From: Azolla caroliniana
Taxonomy: Eukaryota > Plantae > Polypodiophyta
NCBI GenBank assembly: GCA_043228905.1
Contig: JBHGNT010000002.1
Location: 8,494,001-8,558,000, forward strand
Direction: 5' to 3'
Length of the DNA: 64,000 bases
The notes below the pieces were generated by a model that saw only the letters and a program-made list of their open reading frames with translations, did not search any database and had not been told where the DNA came from. Positions 13,784 to 24,759 of this stretch are shown here, piece by piece. Numbering within the stretch: the stretch's first letter is position 1; each line of letters starts with the position of its first letter. Made by a program: the position numbers and the translations under genes.

Positions 13784-14799
13784 AGTCTAAAGGGTTTGAT
13801 TCTATTGCTCGTAAGGCCAATGGCAGTGTGGATACTGTTGATGTTGCGGCATGTTTAAAGGGCCCCATCTTGAAAGTAGATGTAGCAACTGACACAAGTG
13901 ATCTGGTCACACAAGTTGATCAAGCATGTAGCACGGATGACTTGGTGTTGCAGGTAGATGCAGCATGTAGCACGGATGACTTGGTGTTGCAGGTAGATGC
14001 AGCATGTGATACCAGTGGACTGATATCGAGCAGAACAGTAGCTACATGCACTGAGGTAATCCAAGGATTGATAACTAAGTCGACAAAACAAGAGCACCAG
14101 AATGTGAAGCTAGGCCCAACACAGTCGACTAGGGGTTTAAAGAGGAAAAGGACACCAGTTGTGTCAGCCGAACCTGAGCTGATTGAGATTGATCGTATCC
14201 TACCAGAAAATGGTGTAACAGCGGCTCAGTTTCAGGAATGGAAACCTAAACCACTAGAAGTCGAAAGAAGAGCCTTGATCTTGGAGCTGGATAAAGTCTT
14301 GATGAGTGTGAGATATATGCAGCCAAGGAGGGACGCAAATCAGTTTCTAGAGTGGGCTGTGGAGTACTTTGATTTGTTTATTTGGAGTGAAAAACCAAAA
14401 TCAGATGTGTGGAAGTGTTTGGCAAGATTCTTCCCAAAATGGCGAAGTCGTTTTAAAGGTCAATGGGCACGAGAAAATTGTGAGCAGATGGAAGCTGCAA
14501 GATTCAAGAGACTTTCTGATTTTTGGGCTACTTGGCCTGAATATAATGCTGACAATACATTGATTTTGGATACAGAACATTTCCGACACTACTTCAATAT
14601 TCGGAGATGCTGTCTCATTCTACCCGAGGAAATGCCTGAACAGTACCTGGTGCAAACAGTGAGCTGCCAACTAGGTGCATGGTTGTGGACTCCATACCGA
14701 GCTCAATATGCGGATAATATATGTAGACTCGTTCCACTAACTAGCAAGAGCTTAGCTGTTTATAGGAGATTTGTAGACATTTCCAATGGTAATTTATAA
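13784..14799 (+). CDS. Probable terminal exon of the long accessory isoform (about 763 aa): FCP1/NIF (HAD-family CTD phosphatase-like) domain with altered catalytic motifs
   Basis: Motifs LILELDKVL, RRDANQFLEWAVEYFDLFIWS, FKRLSDFW and YNADNTLILDT match the NIF pattern. Phase-1 acceptor GTTGCAG ends at 13783 and fits the phase-1 donor A|GTAAGA at 13086. Confidence 0.72.
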
Positions 14800-14930
14800 A
14801 TATGTAAAGAGATGACATTATTCAATGAAGAATTTAATTACTTGTTCCCACTGTACTTATCTACTGTGTAATTTGAGGAATATGTTGCAGATTGTTGATT
14901 TCATTCTATTGATGACTATTTAGCTATTGA

Positions 14931-15436
14931 CAGCTAATTAGCTGCATTTGTACAGCTAATTAGCTACTGATGACTATTTCGCTATAACTTATAACATAAA
15001 ACTTAACAAAAAAGACATGATTTTATTGAGAAAGAAGCACAGAAAGCAGACTGTATACAAGAAATTGATTCCAAACGAATTTATTGATCTGTTTTCGCGA
15101 AATACATGTTTGTTTTACAAGAGAACATGGTAAGTGCTACTTGTAGCTACAAATTCCATGGCATACTATTGTAAATACATTTGTACAGCTAATTAGCTGC
15201 ATTTGTACAGCTAATTAGCTACTGATGACTATTTCGCTATAACTTATAACTTAAAACTTAACAAAAAAGACATGATTTTATTGAGAAAGAAGCACAGAAA
15301 GCAGACTGTATACAAGAAATTGATTCCAAACGAATTTATTGATCTGTTTTCGCGAAATACATGTTTGTTTTACAAGAGAACATGGTAAGTGCTACTTGTA
15401 GCTACAAATTCCATGGCATACTATTGTAAATACATT
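14931..15436. repeat. Tandem duplication with 255-bp period at the convergent 3' ends; includes the last transposase codons
   Basis: GAGAACATGGTAAGTGCTAC occurs at 15121 and 15376. Confidence 0.85.
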
Positions 15437-18400
15437 CATACACATTAGCACCAACAGTGTATAAACCGGAGCAGCTATTGTATTCTGACATTGGGACGTT
15501 GATGCATCTGACCAAATGAGAGTACATATACGCCGCTGGTTTGTCTTCTAACAGCCTGTACACATATTCGTAGTCATCTAGTTTTGCATAAAAAATGCCT
15601 TCGATGTAGAATGTCCCGGCAGATACAAAATTTCCCCATGCATCTACAATATTCTGCCTTGCACACTGTTTACTAACCGTGCACTTTAATATATAGAAAT
15701 CAACACCCTCTGAATTGCCTTCTTCAACATTTACAGCGAAGTTATCCCCAACGTTCAGGACATCACTCAAAGTATCTCCAAGTTCCTCATATGTGAAGTC
15801 AGCATTCTGCCCTGTTTCTCCATCAACTGCTTCCTTATCATTCAGAGTGTGATACTCCCAATTCTGAATGTATGCTTTGTTTAGACAATATCTCCAATTT
15901 CCCTGCACACAATGGAAGCAAAAACAAGTCAATTCTCTAACCGCAATACAATGACCATCCAACCTGGAATAACCGCGAACAGCATGCAGAGATCGCAATT
16001 CGGGAATTCCTTGGCACTCCCAGGTCTTCTCCCTATTTACTTCATCTATCTTCACTTCCCAAAATTCACGTTTGATATCTCGAACTTGCGAGGAATAAAC
16101 ACCTGTGGCACTCGTCGACATATTTGTTCTTAAAAATTCAACTACATGTGATGCACAATTCATGTGCACACCATCTGTCTTTAGTTGTTCATGGGTAAGT
16201 GCCCGCTTTATAACAGCCCCTGCACCATCATGTTCACCTTTACCATGGCCAGACCCAAAAAAATTCCATCTCATCTCCAAACCTGTTATAGCAGGATACC
16301 TCCCCACAAAATAAAATGGACGTCGAGCCTTGAATTGTGACGCAGCTCCGTCAGACCAGACCCAATGTTGAGTAAGCTCCAAACGTTGAGCTAATAACCA
16401 CTGCCAATGTAACTTAAAACAGTGTTGGACGAACAAGGTATCCTGCTTCTTATCATCGGAAATAAAGAAATGAATTACTTTTTTAACATCACCTGAAACT
16501 CGAAAATATGTTATGTGCACAAAAATGGTTACCTGAACTGAACACCAATGCATAGATTGAATTTCATTCTGCTGCTTGAAAGTATAATTCTCTACGAAAT
16601 CTACTACTGAGACTACTACATCATTTGGGAAATCAGATATGCAAGTCTTAAACTGATGGGCCTGCCATGAATAAATGAAGTTGTGTTTAATGAACTTTCC
16701 TAGAGATACTACAAACAGAGACACCAAATCCCTTGGTTTAAGCATCTTCCGAACTAGATCCTTTCTTTTACACACCTTTCCTTCGAAATTGGTGTTCACT
16801 GACTCAAATAACTTCACAGAGATCAATATTTCACTACTCAATTCATTTGGACACCACCTAAATCTAGTAGGGCCACAATCTTGACATAAACCCATGACAC
16901 ATTTATGAATATGGAAGATAGCGTCAGATTCTCTCGGACACAATATCGAATCTAATAAATAACTCATGGAAGAGATAACGTGCTCAGATGATTTACACTC
17001 CTCTTGCGGGCTTGATCGACAGATTGGGCACCCACATGTGCAAACTGTATTAGTTAGGGATGCGCTATGGTGACGTAGTAGATTAACAGAGTCCTTCAGA
17101 AAACCCATCTGTACATGGTAAATGCAACAACATGTGTATCGATCCTTTAAGCGTCTCACAAAGTGTGGCTTAAGAGACTCGAATGTTCGTAGTTGAACTT
17201 TGATATTTGGATGCATTCGTTTGAACCTAATAAATAAATCGACCTGTGTAATAAAGGGGAATTAGTTATTCTCGTAACTAGCTAACTATCCTAGTAGCTA
17301 ATTAGCTATTCTAGTAGCTAGTTAGCTATTCTAGTAGCTAGTTAGCTATTCTAGTAGCTAGTTAGCTATTCTAGTAGCTAGTTAGCTATTCTAGTAGCTA
17401 GTTAGCTATCATGGTAGCTAATTAGCTGTCCTAGTAGCTAATTAGTTGTCCTAGTAGCTAATTAGCTATCATGGTAGCTAATTAGCTATCATGGTAGCTA
17501 ATTAGCTGCTCTAGTAGCTAATTAGCTATCATGGTGGCTAATTAGCTTTCGTAGTAACTAATTAGCTATCATGGTAGCTAATTAGCTTGTCTAGTAGCTA
17601 ATTAGCTATCATGGTGGCTAATTAGCTTTCCTAGTAACTAATTAGCTATCATGGTAGCTAATTAGCTGCTCTAGTAGCTAATTAGCTATCGTGGTAGCTA
17701 ATTAGCTGGTCTAGTAGCTAATTAGCTATAATGGTGGCTGATTAGCTTTCCTAGTAACTAATTAGCTATCATGGTAGTTAATTAGCTTGTCTAGTAGCTA
17801 ATTAGCTATCATGGTGGCTAATTAGCTTTCCTAGTAACTAATTAGCTATCATGGTAGCTAATTAGCTAGTCTAGTAGCTAATTAGCTATCGTGGTAGCTA
17901 ATTAGCTGGTCTAGTAGCTAATTAGCTATAATGGTGGCTGATTAGCTTTCCTAGTAACTAATTAGCTATCATGGTAGCTAATTAGCTGGTATAGTAGCTA
18001 ATTAGCTATCATGGTAGCTAATTAGCTATCACGGTGGCTAATTAGATGTCCTAGTAACTAATTAGCTATCATGGTAGCTAATTAGCTGGTCTAGTAGCTA
18101 ATTAGCTATAATGGTGGCTAATTAGCTATCCTAACTAATTAGCTATCATGGTAGTAGCTATTGAGAGTAGCCAGTTACCTATGTAGTAGCTATCATAGTA
18201 GCTAATTAGCTATCATGGTAGCTAATTAGCTTTCCTAGTAGCTAATTAGCTGGTAATAACGAAATAGCTAACTAGCTACCATGATAGCTAACTAGCTAGC
18301 AGTACAGCTAATTATCTGGTAGTACCTAAATTAGCTATTGAGAATAGCTAATTAGCTATCATGGTAGTAACTATTGAGAGTAGTTAGTTACCTATGTAGT

Positions 18401-19269
18401 AGCGATCCTAGTAGCTAACTGAGGTAAATGTAACTGATAAGCTAATTAGCTTTTCTGCTAACTGAGCTAATTAACTTTCCGAGTAGAGTCAAAACAAATG
18501 TTGAGATAAATGTAAATACTTGAGGTACATCAAGAAGATGAATGGGATGCTCCTCGTATTGATTTCTTCCAACACGTTTCCTGCATAAATCCTTTTTATT
18601 GGGTGAAACCCTACTCTCATTAGTCCAAAACATTGTGATTACATCCTTGATTTCAAATGTTATGGGTGTCATTGGCTTACATCTTGTAGTTAGCTTTAGT
18701 AGACTAGTTCCTTCACCCGAGGAAATTATACGGTTCATTGTATTGTACACTGTTTTTCTACTAACACCAATTACCTTAGATAGCTCACTGATGTTTATAT
18801 CGTCAACATCACTATTAAGTAACATCATTAGACTAGACCTTTTTAAGACAAGATCATCTTCTGACCTGCTCATGGATACGAAACTATTACGAAGATTATT
18901 TACTAAAATAGATGATATGTTTGCATTAAGACCATCACAATCAACTAAGTCCTTTATCGATGGATCATTACATATTCCATAAAGTACTACCTTCTTTTCT
19001 TCATTGCTGATGTGCTTGGTTTGAACATTGAAATAGTCTACAACCTTTCTCTCTATGATGGTAGTCGCATTACTTACATTCTCAGCTAAACTATCCTTAC
19101 CTTTACTGAGTGTGGCTTTCGTATCCTTCAACAATTGACGATGTTTCCTTTTTTTTTCTGCCCAATAGTTTCGTATGGCTTGTTGTGTCCTGATAACATC
19201 ATCCCTATCCTTATGATCATTGAGGGGTAATTCTAAACACCCTTCTTCCCCTTCCATTTGGCTAGACAT
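15402..19269 (-). CDS. Sola2-type DDD transposase, two exons, 863 aa predicted, intact
   Basis: Exon 1 19269-18520 (ends DVPQ, then GTATTT); exon 2 17243-15402 (ACAG, then VDLFIRFKRMHP); phase 0. Motifs DFVENY..QSMHW, SDDKKQD, WSDGAASQFK, WNFFGSGHGKGEHDGAGAVIKR, with Cys clusters on both sides. Confidence 0.88.
17275..18450. repeat. 20-bp-period TAGCTAATTAGCTA array filling the transposase intron (17244-18519)
   Basis: Roughly 45-50 units of (G)TAGCTAATTAGCTATC(A/C)T(G/A). Confidence 0.95.
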
Positions 19270-19574
19270 GTTAAAACCCTAAATTTCCAGAAAAAAAACA
19301 AGTATTAAAGATGGCTATGGGCAACAACAATACACAAAAATATTCCACACAATACACAAGATTAGACACAACAATACACAAGATAATCAATAGACAGAAA
19401 AGTTATTGCAATCCAAGACCGAACAGTAGAGGATTTCACTCTGTTGGATCCAACAGTTGAGGAGGCGATCCAAGACCGACCAATGGCAACAACTGAGTGT
19501 AGAATGTTGCCGTTGGATGAGTGAACTCCGTCAAATCGAAATGTGGAAGCAATCCGGGACTGGACAGTAGTGGC

Positions 19575-20340
19575 AACTGAGTATAGAATGATGGCAATGG
19601 AGGAGAGAACCCCGTCAGATTGAACAGTTACCGATGATGCTTGAAACGCACATAGAAGGCACTTGAGAATAGAGTGGCATAGAGAAGAGAACCCCGTCAG
19701 ATTGAACAGTTACCAATGATGCTTGAAACGCACAGTAGCGGCCCCTGAGTGAGAGTGGAAAAGAGAAGAGAACCCCGTCAGATTGAACAGTTACCAATGA
19801 TGCTTGAAACGCACAGTAGCGGCCCCTGAGTGAGAGTGGAAAAGAGAAGAGAACCCCGTCAGATTGAATAGCTCTTTGATTATGCTTGGAACGCACAGTA
19901 GCAACCCCTGAGTGTAGAGTGGCAAAGAGAAGAGAACCCCGTCAGATTGAACAGCTCTTTGATGATGCTTGGAACGCACAACAGCGGCCCCTGAGTGTAG
20001 AGTGGCACAGAGAAGAGAACCCCCTCAGATTGAACAGCTCTTTGATGATGCTTGGAACGCACAGTAATGGCCCCTGAGTGTAGAGTGGCACAGAGAAGAG
20101 AACCCCCTCAGATTGAACAGCTCTTTGATGATGCTTGGAACGCACAGTAATGGCCCCTGAGTGTAGAGTGGCACAGAGAAGAGAACCCCGTCAGATTGAA
20201 CAGCTCTTTGATGATGCTTGGAATGCACAGTAGTGGCCCCTGAGTGTAGAGTGTCACAGAGAAGAGAACCCCGTCAGATTGAGCAACTCTTTGATGATGC
20301 TTGAAACGCACAGTAGCGGTCCCTCAGTGTAGAGTGGCGG
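19575..20340. repeat. 81-83-bp tandem repeat (9 copies) upstream of the transposase
   Basis: CCCC(G/C)TCAGATTGA core at 19610, 19692, 19773, 19854, 19937, 20020, 20103, 20186 and 20269. Confidence 0.93.
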
Positions 20341-21519
20341 CAGGTGGACTCGATAGGGTTTAGCAACAGTGGTAGCAACTAACCCACAGTACTCAACTAG
20401 AGATGGCCTACGTGATGTGGCAAAGGATCATGCATAATGGACCTAGGAATTCGATATATAATTTATGGTACACATTTATGGTGCACACATCAATTTATGT
20501 TGCACATTTATGGCACTCATTTACATATGTAATTAAAACACTCTAGTATTTTCAATGGTAGTTTTTTGCATACTTAATTTATTAATGATGGCTTTTTACT
20601 AAAATGACTATTTATCAATGGTAGCTTTTTGCATAGCTAATTAGCTATGTCAAGGACATAACTAATTGTTTCCACTCGCATGCTTTCACCCAAAGACAGA
20701 AATGAAAATGGGCAAAGAAAGACAGCTGAATAGAGGCTCGATAACGACCATACAGAGAACCTCCGATTGAGAAAGAGAAAAACGACCACCATCCGAACAT
20801 GGCCGTTGATTATGCCAGCCGCATGGACGACGGCTAAACAGATATGCAGAAGTAGACGGACAGAGAACCGACTTAGAGCAATAGAGAAGGTGAAGGAATA
20901 GTTGAGATGAGGAAAATGGAACAGAAGAAGCAGAAAGAGGAGGAAGAGGAATTTAAAAAGCAGAAAGAGGAGGAAGAGGAAGAAGAAGGAACGGCAAGAA
21001 TGAGAGAGCATAAGAAGAAACAAAACCAGGAGAGAAAGAGAAGAAAAGCAGACAGAAAACAGAAAAAAGAGGGCAAAATAAAGATAAGGGCATCTGAAGA
21101 ATTTCGAAAAATGTGATGGCATTGTCAAAATTTTAATAATCTAAGGGCATAACAAGCAATTTTCATAAATATAAGGGTACAAAATTTAAAAAATAAATAA
21201 ATTAAAGGGCACTTATGAAATTTCGAAAACTCATCCACCTAAAGAAATGGACGTGATCGACCACACACAACTCAAAACAAAGGAAGAACATACATACACA
21301 TGACATGATTTTGGACCCATGACGAAGTTCGTAAGCCGACAGAACGAGAATGTTCGTGTCGCGGAAGATTTGCTAACCGACAAAGATGTTGGAGTCAAGC
21401 ACTCCGATCGAGGGAGTTGATCGTTGAAAGGACCGATGGAAGTTCCGGTCAAAGAGTTATCATCATCAAGGCATGTGGGATCGACGTGCAAGGCACTTTC
21501 CCGCGGGAGTGCCATATTG

Positions 21520-22037
21520 TGTTACCCCGTATGAGATGTACAGAGAGTCAAGTGTGATGAGCGAGGGTCGAATATTATCATGATGATGTTGTATATGTGT
21601 AGGGAACATAAATGTAATTGTGAGTCGATATGTATGTGAACACATGCACACGTGTGTGCATGTGGAGGGATACGATGAGGTGTGAGTGAGTGTCCAATAT
21701 GAATGCTCTAGGGGGCTTACACCCCTATGTATCTACCCCCTCTTGTACTATTTAACCCCCTTATGGGGAATGAATGAAATATAAATGAATCATTTCTCTC
21801 TATCTATCTCTCTTTTCATCTCTCTCTCTCTCTCTCTTCCCTCCCCTTAACGTTGAACCCCCTTGGGAGGGGGGTGGAGCCATTCTAGGCACCACCCCCC
21901 ACCCCGCAATGCTTCTCAATGCACATGATCTCTCTCGCCATCAATCCCATACTCTCCATCATCATCATAACCACCATGTCTATCTTTGTCATTGATAATC
22001 ATCATCGTCCTTAACCCGAACCCTAAAACGTATAACA
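21520..22037 (+). repeat. Gypsy-1 3' LTR
   Basis: Matches 5191-5706 and is followed by TSD ACATT. Confidence 0.95.
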
Positions 22038-22042
22038 ACATT

Positions 22043-23229
22043 CCTACATGGCGACCTCGAAGAAGAGATCTACATGCATCAACCAGAAGGATTTGAAAGG
22101 AAAGGGAACGAGCACCTGGTGTGCCGGCTGCAGAAGAGCCTATACGAACTGAAGCAAGCTCCCTGGCAATGGTACCGGAAGTTCGACTCCTTCATGACCA
22201 ACCAAGGGTACCACAAGACGTAGGCCGATCACTGCGTGTTTGTGAAGAAATTTGATGGAGGAGATTTCCTAATACTCCTCCTGTATGTGGATGATATGTT
22301 GATCATCGGATGAGACCAAGGCAAGATTTGGATGCTCAAGAAGGCTCTAAACCGGACCTTCTCAATGAAAGACTTGGGTCCGGCAAGACAGATATTGGGA
22401 ATGCACATCATCGGGGACCGGTCGAAGAAGTTGTTGTGGTTGTCACAGGAGAAGTACGTGACAAAGGTGCTTCAATGGTTCAACATGTCGGAGGGGAAAC
22501 CAGTCAGATCGACACTTCCAGAAAACTGCAAGCTATCCGGAAAACATAGCCTGAGAAGACGGATATGATGAAGATACCATATGCCTCTACCGTCAGAGCC
22601 CGATGTACATAATGGTATGTACCCGGCCGGATATCGGATATGCAGTCGGAGTGGTGAGCCATTTTATAAGCAATCCTGGCAAAGAGCACTGGAACACGGT
22701 CAAGTGGATACTCCGGTCTCTGAAAGGTACCTCGAGTATGTGCCTTCAGTTTGGCTCCGGAAAACCCCAACTCGATGGTTTCATGGATTCAGATATGTCG
22801 GTTGATGCAGATACTAGCCGGTCAACATCCGGATATGCCATGACTTATGCATGGGGAACTGTTTCGTGGCAGTCGAGGCTGTAGAAGACGGTTGCATTGT
22901 CAACCACAGAGGCGGAGTACATGGCAACTGTAGAAGCCGGCAAGGAGATAATTGGAGAGCTAGTGATCCAACAAGAGGAATACCGGCTCTACTGCGATAG
23001 TCAAAGTGCCATCCACCTTGCAAAGAACGCGACCAACCATTCCCGAACGAAACATATCTAGCGGAGATACCACTGGATCCTGGAGAGAGTAGAAGATCAA
23101 GAGTTCATGCTAACGAAGATCAACACGGAGAAAAACGGGTCGGACATGCTGACCAAGGTCCTGACAATTCACAAGCTAGACGTGTGCAGAAAGCGAATCA
23201 GGCTGACAAGATATCCCATGCCGGAGTGA
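22043..23229 (+). pseudogene. Copia-1 RT (C-terminal) and RNase H, decayed
   Basis: FLHGDLEEEIYM, LLYVDDMLI, MKDLGPARQILG, TRPDIGYAVG, YCDSQSAIHLAKN. Confidence 0.92.
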
Positions 23230-23239
23230 AGGGGGATAT

Positions 23240-23735
23240 TGTTGGGAAATCGGTCTCTCCAGATGGGATCCGATGATGAATAAAGATGACCCGCTGAGAA
23301 CTGGAAGAGAAGACATATCTGTAAATATGTTTTGAGTAAGCCTATTGAGGCTATATTTGTAAATAGACCTAAGTTCATATAAGTATAAATATAACTTAGG
23401 GCAATCACTTTGTAAGTGTGTTGTTGTTGTTGTTGTAACTGTTGTATAGAGAGATCGACATAGAGAGAAAGTGTGAGATACAGAGAGATACTCTGTTGTA
23501 ACCGTTGGTTGGCGAAGATACAGAGCTCAAGGTCGTTGCCTACGAGTCTCTGATTGTACCCTTCTCTTCATAGTGATAGTTCGGAGTCTGTGGGCTCCCG
23601 TGGTTTTTCCCTATTAGGGTTTTCCACATAAACATCTTGTGTTCACTCTTTAGTTCCCATTTCTGTGTTCTCCATTCTCATCGAAGTGTTCAAGACTTGG
23701 TTGTGGCCGAGCAATATTCCGCGTTTTACTCAACA
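23240..23735 (+). repeat. Copia-1 3' LTR
   Basis: Matches the 5' LTR with a small internal deletion. Confidence 0.95.
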
Positions 23736-24759
23736 GAAACTTCATGATGTGACCATCACAGAACCAATCCCTGTCCATTGTGACAATCTTAGTAGCATCC
23801 AACTCGCCAAGAACCTTGTCCTCACACAAAGCACATAGAGGTGTACTACAACTTTGTGCGCAAATGTGTCCTTCACAATGAGGTCAATTTACGACTCGTC
23901 TGCACTGACCACCAAGTAGGTGACATTTTCACCAAGGCACTTGGTCAGAAGAAGCTTCAACAATTTTCAAAGATGCTAAGTCTGCGGCATCTCGACGTCG
24001 TTGTGAAGATTTTTGACAACAGTGTGAAAATTGTGTGGAACGGACAAAATCGAGAAGGTGCAATGTGCACACATGTGAAAGGGGTGATGGTCGCATGTGT
24101 ACACTGGCATGTTGAAAATAGGAACGAAATGAGAATCGTAAATGTAAGGTTAAACATGTGCACATGTGATGTAAATAAGACTAAGGCCTATTTGAATGTA
24201 TATAGCGGGGTGCAGCAAGGTTTGAACCTTGCACAACTAAGACATTTGGCTTACCACTAGGACTATTGTCAAGTTCTTTAGATTTTATGTAATTTCCTTT
24301 CAGATTCCAAAATTCCATAAGAAACAACCATACAAACCATGTGCACAAAACCATGGTTTTAGCCCATGGTTTTGTGCTTGTCAAAAGCATGGGGAGACCT
24401 ATAAATTCTCCTAATGGGGCTTGTGTAAGGGGGGAGGAGAAGAAGGAGAAGAGAATAAAAGAGCAACGTAAGCTCACAAATTCTCGAAAGGAGTGAAATC
24501 TTGAACTATAAGTTCATGTGCAACATTGTAATCAAAGATCATTTGAGTTTATTATAATCAAATATGAGTTGTGAATAATGAGTTAGAAATTAATATTTGA
24601 ATATATATATATATTATATATTCTATTCAAAGATGAGTTGTGGTCTATTGTCTTGAATGATCCTTTCGATCCTCCATCACCACTTGCAGATAGAGTGCTT
24701 GTCCACGCACGTGTGACACGCACATCGCGACATTTAGCACGTGTGTCACGTGCTTTGCG

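Larger units (their letters stand above)
9967..20691 (-). mobile_element. Sola2-like DNA transposon (10,725 bp) with transposase and accessory gene
   Basis: TIR GGGTAAAAGCATGCGAGTGGAAACA (9967-9991) and its complement (20667-20691) match at 24/25. 4-bp TSD AAAG (9963-9966 and 20692-20695). GGG...CCC ends fit the GRG...CYC termini described for Sola2. Transposase motifs are listed in the CDS entry. Confidence 0.88.
5191..22037 (+). mobile_element. Ty3/Gypsy LTR retrotransposon Gypsy-1, non-autonomous (most of RT, RNase H and IN deleted), hosting a DNA transposon
   Basis: Near-identical LTRs 5191-5706 and 21520-22037. Perfect TSD ACATT (5186-5190 and 22038-22042); removing the element restores Copia RT DVKTTFLHGDLEEEIYM. 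PBS TGGCGACCAC at 5712. Confidence 0.96.
1852..23735 (+). mobile_element. Ty1/Copia LTR retrotransposon Copia-1, full length, decayed, interrupted by Gypsy-1
   Basis: LTRs 1852-2383 and 23240-23735 (TGTTGG...CAACA). tRNA-Met-type PBS TGGTATTAGAGC at 2386-2397. PPT GAGTGAAGGGGGA before 23240. Near-TSD GAACC/GAAAC. Domain order gag-PR-IN-RT-RH. Confidence 0.95.
1230..24270 (+). mobile_element. Old, decayed Copia remnant forming the outermost host of nest 1
   Basis: A diverged direct repeat of about 260 bp (about 1230-1490 and 24020-24270) flanks RNase H remnants at about 1550-1851 and 23736-24000 (EPIPVHCDNLSSIQLAKN...TKHIEV), which are split by Copia-1. Confidence 0.6.

Noticed and set aside
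19575-20340. Possible CRISPR-like array
   Set aside because: The whole unit repeats, with no unique spacers and no cas genes, in a eukaryotic context. The short ORFs here are repeat artefacts.
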